DNA from: the human T2T-CHM13v2.0 reference genome, Homo sapiens
Reading direction: 5' to 3'
Length of the DNA: 64,000 nucleotides
NCBI GenBank assembly: GCA_009914755.4
Contig: CP086569.2
Span: 11,424,001-11,488,000, forward strand
Made by a program: the position numbers and the translations under genes. Positions within the stretch are counted from its first letter, which is position 1, and each line of letters begins with the position of its first letter. Below are positions 36,910 through 49,108 of this stretch, in pieces. The notes beneath the pieces were generated by a model. The model saw only the letters and a list, made by a program, of their open reading frames with translations, was not told the origin of the DNA and made no database searches.

Positions 36910-38540
36910 CCTGTGGGGACCTTCTTTGGTGGCTCCCCAGGAAGTAAGGAGATGGGAATTGTGCTGTAGAGGTCTACAGCAGCACTGCTTGCTGAGGCGG
37001 GGGACAATTGCTGTACATTTGTAAGGGCAGTGGCTGTGCTGGGTATGCCTCAGTTTGTTGAGGGACTTGAGGCGGGTCCCTCTTCCTATTTCCTGAAAGA
37101 GGTTGTCCATCTTTGCTAAATTTAGAATGACACGGACTTGCCCGGTGATAGCCTTTCTTACACCAGGGACGTACATTGGGACTTTTCTGTTGATTGACGG
37201 TAGTAGTTTTCGTCTTTTGAATTCCTTTCTACATTCCTTTCTTGTGTCCAATTTGCCCATAATTAAGGCAAGAGCCTGAGAAATGAAGCATATTTTTTCT
37301 TACTCTTAATCTAGCCACAGCTTGAGCTAAAAGAATAACCTTATGTAAGTTATCTCCAATGCCATCGCAAGCCTTAATATATTTAGTTAAATGGGCCCTC
37401 TCTGTCTGGGATCTAATAGCAGTTTGACACTCTGCATTAGCATTATTGTATGCAAGAAGCTGTATTACAACATCCTGAGCTGTTTTGATCATTTACGGCT
37501 TTATACACAGCCTCTTGGAGCTGAGCAATAAAATTAATATATGGTTCTTTAGGTCCTTGTCAGACAGAACTGAAATAAGGATACTTTTCCCCTGTAACAT
37601 TTATCCTTTTCTATGCATGTAAGCACATGAAGCACAGCTGAACAATGGCAACATCTTCCATTAGTGCTTGATTCTCTAATCAACCCCAATTAGGGCCAAC
37701 TCATATTAACTGATCAAAGAAAACAGGCACAGGTGGCTGCACTTGTGTGTTTTCTTTTGCCTGAGTTTGAGCTTCATCAGCCTACCAAGTTTTAAACTGC
37801 AAGTACTGAGATGGAGTGAGAACAGGTTTTGTCAAAGTATCCTAATTATATGGTAGTAATCTATTATCAAGAGCCATATTTTTAAATAAAGTTTGCACAA
37901 AAAGAGAGTTCAGTCCATATTGACTAATGGCTTGCTTAAATTCTTTAGTAACTTAAAAGAGAAAGCAGCCTAATTAGCTATATTCTGTCCTACTTGCTGG
38001 ATTATAGTAACGGGAAATTGCCATGTTTCAAGGTCTCCCTTGGCTTTAGCTTTTTAAATAGAATTTTGTCTACCACCACCAATTGCTCCAGGTTTTAATG
38101 TTGTAACTACAGGAGCAGTAAGTTTTTCAGCTAATTTATTTTCTCACCCATTTAGAGGAGAGAGAGGAGGTGGCCATTCACTTAATTCAGCAGGTGGAGC
38201 CAACGGGCTAGTAAAACATACTTTTTAAAGTTTTTCTTTCTTTTCTTTAATCTCCTCTGGTAGCTGCTCCCCACACTCAGAATTTGAAGTTAGTTTTTTA
38301 CACTCATCCTCCTCTTCCTCATCTGAGTCTGCCTCATTATCTGTTTGAAATGGCTCAAGGGCTGCCTTTATTAGTGCCCACACTGACCATACAGAAACTA
38401 GAATTTCTGCTCCATCTTTATATGCCTTTTAAAAAATATCTTCCAATTCTCTCCCATTCATCCAACTTCATAGTCCTTTGTTCTGGAAACCATGGGCAAA
38501 ACTGCTTTACTGTACTAAAGAGTGATAACAAATTCTAAGT
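36910..38540 (-). pseudogene. Second, diverged HERV-K-like gag (element B), fused at its 3' end (gag/pro junction) directly to the LTR of element A
   Basis: Capsid C-terminus to NC: IQLLAYNNANAECQTAIRSQTERAHLTKYIKACDGIGDNLHKVILLAQA...CLNYGQIGHKKG. HML-2 has IQLAYENANPECQ...YVKACDGIG. The NC second knuckle (..CKKGYHRASPCHSKF..) is readable in an alternative frame of ~37110-37190. Homology with element A ends abruptly at ~36908. Confidence 0.7.
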
Positions 38541-38636
38541 ACTAAATTTCATTCCCCATCTTTGTATGTCCTCGGGTGTCTTTTGATGTTGTGTCCTCTG
38601 CTTTCACATGCTCCAGCCTTCCTTCACCGGGTCTTT

Positions 38637-38654
38637 GTCACCCCATGTTGGGCG
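38637..38654 (-). promoter_or_regulatory. Primer-binding site of element B, tRNA-Lys(CTT) type
   Basis: The minus strand reads TGGCGCCCAACATGGGGTGAC. The canonical HERV-K PBS-Lys is TGGCGCCCAACGTGGGGC. Confidence 0.6.
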
Positions 38655-38943
38655 CCAGGAATGTTGGAGTGATCAGACCCAACACTAGATCATGGGGGTG
38701 ATGAAGTCCAGCAGAGTCAAAGGAATGAGAAAAAGACAGTTTGAGAGAGAAAGTGGGACCAGGAGACCATCACGAGTGTGGAGTCTGCAAAGTCCCCAAG
38801 CTCTGGGAGCCCACGCTATTTGTTGGTGCTCAAACAAACAGCTGGTGAGGATTTAGGGGTTGAAAGGAAACGGTGTATCAAGTGAATCAGAAACATATGG
38901 CCCTGCCTCAGCTTCTCTTCCAACACTCAGCTTTTCTCCCAAC
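38655..38943 (-). mobile_element. Short LTR (or R-U5 remnant) of element B
   Basis: Minus-strand reading: TGTTGGGAGAAAAGCTGAG...CAACAAATAGCGTGGGCTCCC...ACATTCC followed by the PBS. It is unrelated in sequence to the LTR of element A. Only ~290 bp. Confidence 0.4.
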
Positions 38944-38984
38944 ACATTCCCCTTATGAACAGGAATAAAATAGGGATGCTTGTT

Positions 38985-39790
38985 CTCACCACTCCTGTTT
39001 AACAAGTCCTAGCCAGAGCAATCAGGCAAGAGAAAGTGATAAAAGGCATCCAAATAGGAAATGAAGTCAAATTATCTCTCTTCACTGATTATATGATTCT
39101 ACACCTAGAAATCCCTAAAGACTGTGCCAAAAGACTCCTAGAACTGATAAAAAAAACCTTCAGCAAACTTTCAGGATTAAAAAAAATCAACATATAGAAA
39201 GAAGTATCATTTCTGTACACCAAAAATGTTTAAACTGAGAGGTAAATCAAGAGTGCAATCCTGTTTACAACAGCAACCCCCAAAATAAAATAAAAGAAAA
39301 GAAGAATATATCTAAGCAAGGAGGTAAAGGATATCTAAAAGGAGAACTACAAAACACTGCAGAAAGAAATCATAGATGACAAAGGAAATGGAAAACTATT
39401 CCATGCTCATGTATTAGAAAGATCGATATTTTTAAAATGGCTATACTGCCAAAAGCAATCTACACATTCAACACTATTCCTGTGAAACAACCAATGTCGT
39501 TTTTCACAGAATTAGAAAAAAATATATTCTAAATTTCATATGGATTTTTAAAGAGCCCAGACAACCAAAGGAAACCTAAGCAAGAAGAATGAAGCTGGAG
39601 ACATCACATTACTTGACTTCATACTATACCCTAAGGCCACAATAGACAAAATAGCATGGTAGCTATATGAAAACAGACACAAAGACCAATGAAACAGAAT
39701 AGAGAACCCCAAAATAAACATGCACCTACAGCCATCAGCTTTCCCAGGATAACACAAAGAGAGCCAAGTGGCACCTGCACATTACACTGT
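38985..39790 (+). mobile_element. Old L1 ORF2 fragment (plus strand) flanking the ERV locus
   Basis: Plus-strand translation: ..[75 protein letters not shown].. and ..[78 protein letters not shown]. Confidence 0.8.
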
Positions 39791-40349
39791 GGAAGAAAAA
39801 CCCAAGCTCAAGAAACCCCAACTTGTATTATGGGAAGTTCACTTGGCTGTACCCTTCCCAAGAGGGAGAAATTATCTGCATTATACTAGACAGTAAATAA
39901 ACTTTTCCTTTGTTCCAGAAGGAGGTACTGGTTTTCTATTCCAAGGCTGTTTTCTATACAAACATGCTTGAAAACAATCATTTGGAACAAGAAAGTCAGC
40001 GTCCATACTTGCAAAATGTGCGGAAATTAAAGAGACCCAAAAACTGTTTCTCTACCAATTTCTATTTTTTTAAAATCACATTTTCCCCATATAATATGCT
40101 TTTAATATGTGATAATATTCTGAAATTGTCTTAGCATTTAACCCCATTTCTGAGTCCAGAAGGATACAATAAATTTAATTTAATTTAGTAACACCTCAAA
40201 TAGTAGTGATTGTAATAGCAGAGCTAGTTTGTAGCATAAAGAAAAAATAATATTATTAGGTGACACAAATAATGCTAGCCACCATTTCTAAGTGTCATGG
40301 TAAGTACAGTGATTATTTTCTTTTTTTCTGACTCTTGTTTATTTTATTT

Positions 40350-40520
40350 TTTATTTTTTTCCCCATAGGTTATTGGGGTACTGTGGTATTTGGTTCCATG
40401 AATAACTTCTTTACTGGTTATTTGTGAGATTTGGGTGCACCTATCACCCGAACAGTGTACACTGCACCTTATTTGTTATCTTTTATCCCTCGCCCCCCTC
40501 CCTATTAAATAATAGACAAA
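40350..40520. mobile_element. Probable L1 fragment
   Basis: ggttattggggtactgtggtatttggttccatgaataacttctttactggttatttgtgagatttgggtgcacctatcacccgaacagtgtacactgcacc resembles a segment I recall from the non-coding ends of older L1 consensus sequences. This attribution is from memory only. Confidence 0.35.
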
Positions 40521-43500
40521 AAATAATGGGTTTAGAATAAATGAGTTCATATGAACTGTCAAACGTATGTGGGAAAAGTGGAATCAGTTTTTGAGAAAAA
40601 ACAAAAAACTCAACAGAAATGCTGATTAAAGCATCATCCCTTCATGGCTAGAGCTGCCAGGACACTAGAACACCAAAATTAGCTAGGGAAATTTTGTAGA
40701 AGTCCCAGATGTACTAAATGTTCTGTGAATACACAGAGACATAATAATAACTGTTACCTGAATGTAGAGTAAAGATGAGAAGGCATTGGTCATGGTGGCA
40801 GCTACCTCAGGAGTTACAAAGCAGACGTGGTTCCAGGACAGTGTATGTCAAGGCAAAGCTGTCCTCGGAGGCTATTAGGAGCTGGTTACGGCACAGACAT
40901 TGTAAGTCAGATGGTCTCATTACTTTCAATGACAAAACCAAAATTACTTTTGTATCAGCCTAATACAACGGCCTGGCAAGAGCACAGAAAAAGTCCCTGT
41001 GGCTGTTAGGTGGGGACCTCTGATGCAGCACAATTCCTTCATCCCCTTCTCCAACACCCCCTCTTCCAATTCCACTGAAGAGAGAATCTGATGGAAGTGC
41101 TGTGTAAGCAGGCTCAGATATATCTACCACTATAGATAGTACAGGTGATTCATAAATCCAAGCCTATCAAATACATCATAAATAAGTTACACGTTTAATT
41201 TTTTTTTTCAAATTAGGGATCATGATATAAAAGTTATCAGAATCAAAACTGTCACTAATGCTTAAAAAGAAAAGAAAAAACCTGGACAAATAGATTCAGA
41301 GAAGGCCTTGAAGAGAGGGTTCTCATGCTTCTAGGCCTGATATGAACTATCACAAAATACCACAAATTCCACAACCTTGCACAAAGGCCATAGCAAGCTT
41401 ACACAAAATACACTTCTGTGAGGACATCTATCCAGCAACCACCTGCTCAAACTTCAACTGACATCGACCTTGTTGTTGGTCTTTATAGTCGAAGGTAACT
41501 ATATCAAAACAATTATAGAAGCCTCTTCATTTTTCCTTTATTTATTTTTTTCTACTCCCCCATACTTCCAGGTTTCCAGGTTGATCATTTTTCTTTTAAA
41601 GACCTTGTCTTCCTTTACCATTTGAATCTATATAGTTTGCTTTGTCATGTATATTCCCATTGCAGTGCCCTCCTCCCTAAGATGTGTTTTTTCCTTTAGA
41701 GAGCCTTTCTCTGTTTGTTATTTAGGTTTACAATGAGAAGGCATGTAAAGTACTTTTACTGTCTTCCTAGGAAAAAATCACTGACTTACAGTATTTATAT
41801 TTATTTATTTACATTCCTGGGGATGAGGAATTAAAGATTTCACAAATTTTCTTATTGAGAAGATCCAAGTTTTCATGTGAGCAAAACTGAATATGTAAAT
41901 TGATATGTAAATTATGCTGCAGATAATATGGTCAAATGTTTACTTGTATTTAATTTGTTACACATGAATATTGCATATGTAAGATAATATACTAAGAAAT
42001 TATCACATTTAATGAAATGCTTTAATCAAATTCCTGATTGAATTTTTGGTATCAATATCTTTTTCATTGTTTAATCCATCTTTTGGGTGAACAGGGCTTT
42101 ATAGGCCAAAGTTCTCACTTCTATCTAAATAGTCTGAGTTACAGAACTTTTTGGATTTATTATGTTGTCACAGGAAGTTTCTTATTGCTGTTTAAAGGAG
42201 TCTCTCTCAATATGATGCAGAATCCAAAAGCACTGAAGGGCATATATCCTGAGTTTCTGTTACTGAAGCCAAAGGTTGCCAATTTCTTGTAGATCCTGCT
42301 ACAGTTAAACTTCATTTAAGTAATCATTAAAAGCTGTGTTTATTCCCTCACTTGAAATTTTGATTTCACACTATTAGGACTAATCCACTAAGTCTTTGTT
42401 AAGTTATGTTCCTCTTTTTCTTGTAGCTTGACTTTGATGATCTCTATATGCAACATCAATTGACATAAATTAAAGTACATTCAGGGCAAGAGAGTTTCTT
42501 TAAATATTACTTTGTTATTCAAAATAATCACAAAAGCACTCATCGTAGGAAAACTTGTGAGGACTCAAATATAGAGAAATACCTTTTCTTTCTAAGGCAT
42601 AATTCTGTAAAGAAATTCACCTTAATTTGAATATACATGTGAAAATATCCTTGTTCAATAATAGTCTATATTCACTCTGTTTTCTTCCCTCATAGACCAG
42701 CCGGTTCACTATTATTCTCCAAATGATGTGTGCCTCTCTAGATTCCAGGCTATCTGCATATCTAATTTTTCCCATAAATTACTGTTTTGAATTGCACTGA
42801 ATTCAATTTAAGGGGATGTCATTTATAAAAAGTGCAAATATATACTGCACGAGGGATCTTAAAAATCATACACATGGTTTGATCCATAAGCTCATATGAG
42901 CGTGCAATGTCAACTTTTTTCATGTTTTTTTAAGTCCACTTAAATTCTATTTTAAGCCACCATCTGTCTGTGCTGTTAGGGCAGTTAGCCTTAAATCATT
43001 TTAAGATGCTCCCTTCTAAGTACTGTGATAGTGATAGAGATGTCACCAGTCAAGTGTCCTAGGAAGCCGACTCCGAGTTGGAGATTTGCATGCAAGGAGG
43101 TTGAAATGATACTCCCAACACCTGTGGAAGAGTTAAAGCAATAGGATTGGGTGGAGCAGGAAGTTGGCTGGAATGCAATCACTATCATGGCCGCAGTCCA
43201 CTCTACAGGGATCTTGGTGAGTTTACCTAATGACCTCGAATTGGAGCAAGCAAAAAAGGCCATTATATTTCTGTACCAAGCAGTTCTCGGATGTGGGATG
43301 CCTTGAGAAGGGACATGGACTTGGATGAAGGAACTTTAGTGTGCTGTGAGTATTGTTGACAGGAGTCAGCTGTCAACACTCCCAGGAGCAGGGGAATTAT
43401 GCTTTAGTCACGGAGGCGGCATCTAGTGTCAGACCACAGCCTTGTTAAACAGAGCCAGAATTTGGAGGATGGATGGTGGGTTTAATATTTGGGGCTTGAC

Positions 43501-43993
43501 ATCTTGTCCCCACAAGCTGCTGCTGGCCTCTTCCTTGTCCATTTCTGTGTGGCTTGTTTAGGCCCCCCAGCTTCCTGCTTCTTTTTTACCATATTTGGAA
43601 TGCAAAAATCTACACGTAATTTGGCCCATGGTCCCTTCTGCTTAGACATATCCTTGTAGCTATTTTTTTTTAAAAGATGACTATGCCTTCCAGAATATTT
43701 CTAAGAAACTGCCGAAGTCACCACTGCTCACCAAGAGGCCTTCGTTTTTTCCTCTTCTTAACCATGGGAAAGGAATGTAGGAGTGTAGGGAGTGGATATT
43801 TTCTAACCTGGAAAAAAACTCATTTTACCCTATATAATTTTTTTAGCAAATTCCTTCTTTGCACTTACTCTACAATCTTTCCAAATTCTCCCAAATGCTC
43901 AAGCTTTTAAAAAACAAAAGACAGAAAGGATAGCAAGTTATTAATTTTTCCACCAAACCTTTTCTTTCTATTCGTTTACATCAGTGAGCTTAG

Positions 43994-44409
<416 letters not shown>

Positions 44410-46837
44410 TTGCTTTGTAATTTTTACATCATATATCCCATGTTAGACCAAGAGCTTGTAAAAGCCGGAAGACATACACCATTTATAGTTCAATTAGAGA
44501 TGTTCACTGATAAAACTGATTCTTCCATCTGAGGGTGGTATTTGTAGTTACAGTAATGTAAATGACAATCTAAGTTATGTTCTATAAACTGTGTCACTGA
44601 CATCTCAATCTACAGCTAACTTTAATTTTTTAAAAGCAGAGGAGTGGGTTGTATAGGTTTAGAAATATATCCATTAAGCTAGTTAAGTGAGATAGATTCA
44701 AACCTTCAACTCACTGGAATATTTACCAAATTGTCTATTCATTAGCTAAAGGAACCATATAAACAAGGTACTTTTCAAAATTCAAAATTATGTAAGGTTT
44801 TATTTCCTTTTTATGCTGTTATGAATTGGATTGTAGAGGTTATAAGGTAAAATAAGATTACTTTTACAGTAAAACATACAACACATTGTCACAAGACGGC
44901 AGCCTTTGAACATGAATTTATTCTCAGGCATTCCTTGAAATTTTGAGACAGTTTCTTTAATTAACACAACTAAATAATAAAACACTACAGAGGATTTAAG
45001 AAGATACTTTGACTTACGCATATTGTTACTTTTTTATTACTGCTAGTGGAAGATGTAATCGATAAGGAAGGTAAGGGCTGAATTTGTTTTATCTGAAAAG
45101 ACAAATTTATTTGGGTTTTAGCTTTCAAACATCAAGATAGTAGGTCAATGTCTAAATGAGTGTATCAAAGTTCTCACACTAGCACATGTAAATCCACCTC
45201 TTATCTACCCAAAACTCTAACCAAGCAAAGGCAAGTTGGAAGAATCAGACAAATGTAAGTGCCTAGGATACATAAATGCCACTGGATTTTATGTTTTTAA
45301 CTTTCAACCTCCCAAGTTTCAGTAAGAGACATGTTATTTGGAGAAGTTGCTAAAGTGTAGTTGTATGATGTCTCTGTGTACAGTTAGTCTGGACCTCTTT
45401 CTGTCCAGTGGTTGCCCTCAACTGATTGGAGTCACCTCTCTAAAGATCATGCTTATGTCCCTGGAGCAGTCCACAGCACTATCAATGTCTGATCTCCACC
45501 TTTTTCCAATTAATATTTCTGTACTTACTGAATTGGAAAACATACAGGTGATTTTTTCCTGGTCACTTGTGGTTTTACAACACTCCCCCCACTTCCCCAC
45601 CACTGCCCCAGGTTATTTTGATGCCAGCCAAAGTGTGAGAACTACTGGCAGCTGCTGGCAGACAGCAGCAAAGGCCCAAATCCTCGGTGTGATTTCAAGA
45701 CCCATATCTGGTTTTCAGCCATATTTCCTTCTCCTTCTCACAGCTGAGCCTACTCCTCCTCCCTCACCACCTGTAGGCTATGCTTTCCAGCCTGTGTCCA
45801 GGATTAGTCCTGATGTAAGGCACGTGGGGTTTAAGGATCTCTCTCTTCAGTCTTATTTCTGCACCATCTCTGACAGATATATTCCAGTTGTGATCATGGG
45901 GCTACCTCCTTTTCTTTCCAGTCCCATGCTCGTTTTCTCTATCACATTCTACCTTGTAATAACCTAAATCTTCTGGTGGGCAAGCTTCTTCCTCAATCAA
46001 ATTTGTGTTTATGATTGTGTTGGGGATTGGCTTAGTAATCCAGGTACTGCTACTGCCTTGAAAGCGGAGACTGCATCCTTCTGTCTGGATTTCTTGAGTT
46101 TCTGGATTGTAAACCTTATTAGGGCCCATTTTTCCTAGAATTGGAGCCTCTACTTTGTTCTTGCTACCTTAGTTCACCCAGAAAGCATGATCTCTGCCTG
46201 AATTTCAAAGTGTTGGCTAGTTTAAATATACTTTTTTGAGACTTTTGTCTTCCTGCAGGGTGATTTTTTCATCTTGCATACCATTGCTAATCTTTTTATC
46301 TTGAATGTAATTGAAATAGTTTTAATCTGTGTTACCAGCAACAAGAACCCCCTTTATGAGATGGAGAGGCCAGGTCAGTCTCATAACATGTGTCCCCATC
46401 CGTGTGTTGAATTTATGTCAGAGCCAGGTTCTTTCCTATTTGATGTCTCTCACCAAATTCCAGTGTTTATGTCCTAGGAGGTGCCCAATAAATTCTAGAG
46501 TTGATACAAGCTGTAATTTTAGAGAAATTAAATTAGCAAGTAGAATTAGATTATATACAATCTAATCAACTTTTCTTTTTCTTTCTGAGGATGACCAGGA
46601 TTTGGGCTTCAGTGACAATAGCTGTCCCCTAAATATTTATACTCAGAATCTAGGATTACCAGTACAATGTTGAATAGAGGTGATGAACACACACATTCCT
46701 TTCTTGTCCTAATCTATGTAGTTTAAACATTTACGCTTTCACCATTAAATGTAATATTGTTTATATGTTTTGTTGTGGATGCTTTCCATCACTTTGAGAA
46801 AATTTCTTTTTCTAGCTTGCTGAGAGGTTTTTTTTTT

Positions 46838-47475
46838 TTAATCAGCAATAGATATTTCTCCAAAGAAAATATCCAAATGACCAACAGATACATGAAAAAG
46901 ATGCTCAGCATCACTAATCATCAGGGAAATGCAAATCAAAACCACAAAGAGATATTGCCTCAAACCTGTTAGAATGGTCTTATTAAAAGAAAAAGATAAC
47001 GAGTGATAACAATGGGGAGAAATTGGAACACTTGTACAGTGTTTCTGGAAAAGTGAAACTGTGCAGCCTCTATGGAAAACAGTACGGTGGTTCCTCAAAA
47101 AAATTAAGAAACTAGAACTACCATATGATCTAGCAATCCACTTCAGGTTATTTATCTGAAAGAATTGAGATTGGGATGATTCTCAGGCTCATTGCAGCAT
47201 TATTTACACTAATCAAAATGTGGAAATGAGGTTAATGTCTATTGGCAGATGAATAGATAAAGAAAATGTGGTATATTCATACAACGGAATATTATTCAGC
47301 TTTAAAACAAGAAAGCCCGCCAATATGCAACATGGATGAACCTAGAGGACATTAATGCTAAGTAAAGTAAATCAGTCACAGAAGGACAAACTGTATGATT
47401 CCATTTGTATAAAGTATCTAAGATAGCCAAATTCATTAGAATCACAGATTAGAATGGTGATAGCTCTTTAAGTTG
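46838..47475 (+). mobile_element. Old L1 3' fragment (ORF2 C-terminus and 3' UTR)
   Basis: Plus-strand translation: NRYFSKENIQMTNRYMKKMLSITNHQGNANQNHKEILPQTC.NGLIKRKR. Compare L1 [48 protein letters not shown]. Confidence 0.8.
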
Positions 47476-48780
47476 AAATCAATTTTGCATTCCTGGGTTT
47501 TGTAGTTTTGCTATCAGGATTCTGACTCATAAAACAAGTTTGGAATTTCCCCCTTCTTTATTTATGAAATAATTTAAAAATTTTATTTTTTTAAACGTTT
47601 GAAAGAATTCACCAGCAAAACTCTTTAGATCTGGAGTTTACTTATTTTTTATTTCTTTAGTTTTATGTTTTTATGTGCAGGTATTTGACAATTAATTTAA
47701 TTACTTTAAGAAATGTCAATTACTTCATATGTTCCATTTAATCTTGTGAATTTTTTGATAAGTTGTTTTCAAGGAATTCACCCTTCCATCCAAGTAATGA
47801 AAATTAGTAAAAATGTTTCACAATATTCCATTATCTTGTTAATGTCTCTTGTGTCTACAACTGTACAATCTCATTAATCCCTGATATTTATAATTTGTGT
47901 TTTCTTTCTTTCTCACAGAACAACTTTTGGCCATGATGATTTTCTCCTGTTTCTGTTTTCTGTCTCATTGATTTCTAATTTCTGTTTTATTTCTTTTCTT
48001 CTACTTGTTTTGGACTTAATTTGCTCTCTTGTTTTAGATTTTCTTTTTAAGGTAGTAAATTAGTTCACTGTTTTGAACTTCTCTTTTTTAGAATAAGCAT
48101 TTATACGAAAAATTTACTCTGGGTCTGCTTAACTTTATCCCATACATTTTGATATATTATATTTTTATTTGTATTCAGTTCAATGTATTTAAACGTGTTT
48201 CTTATGATTTCTTCCTTGAGCTAAAGGGCATTTTAAGATGTATTTAAATCTTCCAATAGTGTAGACTTTCCTGGGTAGCTTGTTTTTACCCATTTCAACT
48301 CATTTTCATTATGGTCAGAAAGCATACTTTCTATGATTACAGTGTTTTGAAACTTCTTGAGAGATATTTTGTAGTCTATAGCCTATTGATAAATGTTTCA
48401 TGTGTAGCGTAATAGAACATATATTCTATTGTCTTGGTCAATATCGATTAGGTCAAGCTGTTGTCAAAATTATTTTATCTTAATTTTCTTTAGTTATTCT
48501 GTCAGCAATACAGCATTATGTCTTCATAATTACTTGACATTTTATCATTATGAAATAGCTATCTGTTGTAATATTGCTTGTTTGGAGGTCTACTTTTTCT
48601 TATATTAATATAGCCACATAAGATTTCTTGTGCTTGTTGTTTCCTTGGTATACTTGGAAATTATTTTACTCTCAACTTATCTATACCATAATATTTGGCA
48701 TGCATCTCTTATAGGTACTTTTATTATCCAGTTGGACAATCTGTGTTTTATTTGGAGTATTTAAATTACATTTGAAATAA

Positions 48781-49108
<328 letters not shown>

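Larger units (their letters stand above)
33040..38943 (-). mobile_element. Compound HERV-K-like (ERV2 / betaretrovirus-type) proviral locus. Element A (LTR-PBS-gag-pro-pol with deletions, no env or 3' LTR) is preceded by a diverged gag-only element B (LTR-PBS-gag).
   Basis: All homologies are on the minus strand and in proviral order. The order is integrase C-terminus (33122-33343), RT N-terminus joined to RNaseH by a deletion (~33400-33990), G-patch/PR (33984-34453), dUTPase (34590-34859), gag NC (34961-35248), gag MA/CA (35250-36330), PBS (36403-36421), LTR (36428-36905), a second gag (36910-38540), PBS-Lys (38637-38654) and a short LTR (38655-38943). Confidence 0.8.
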
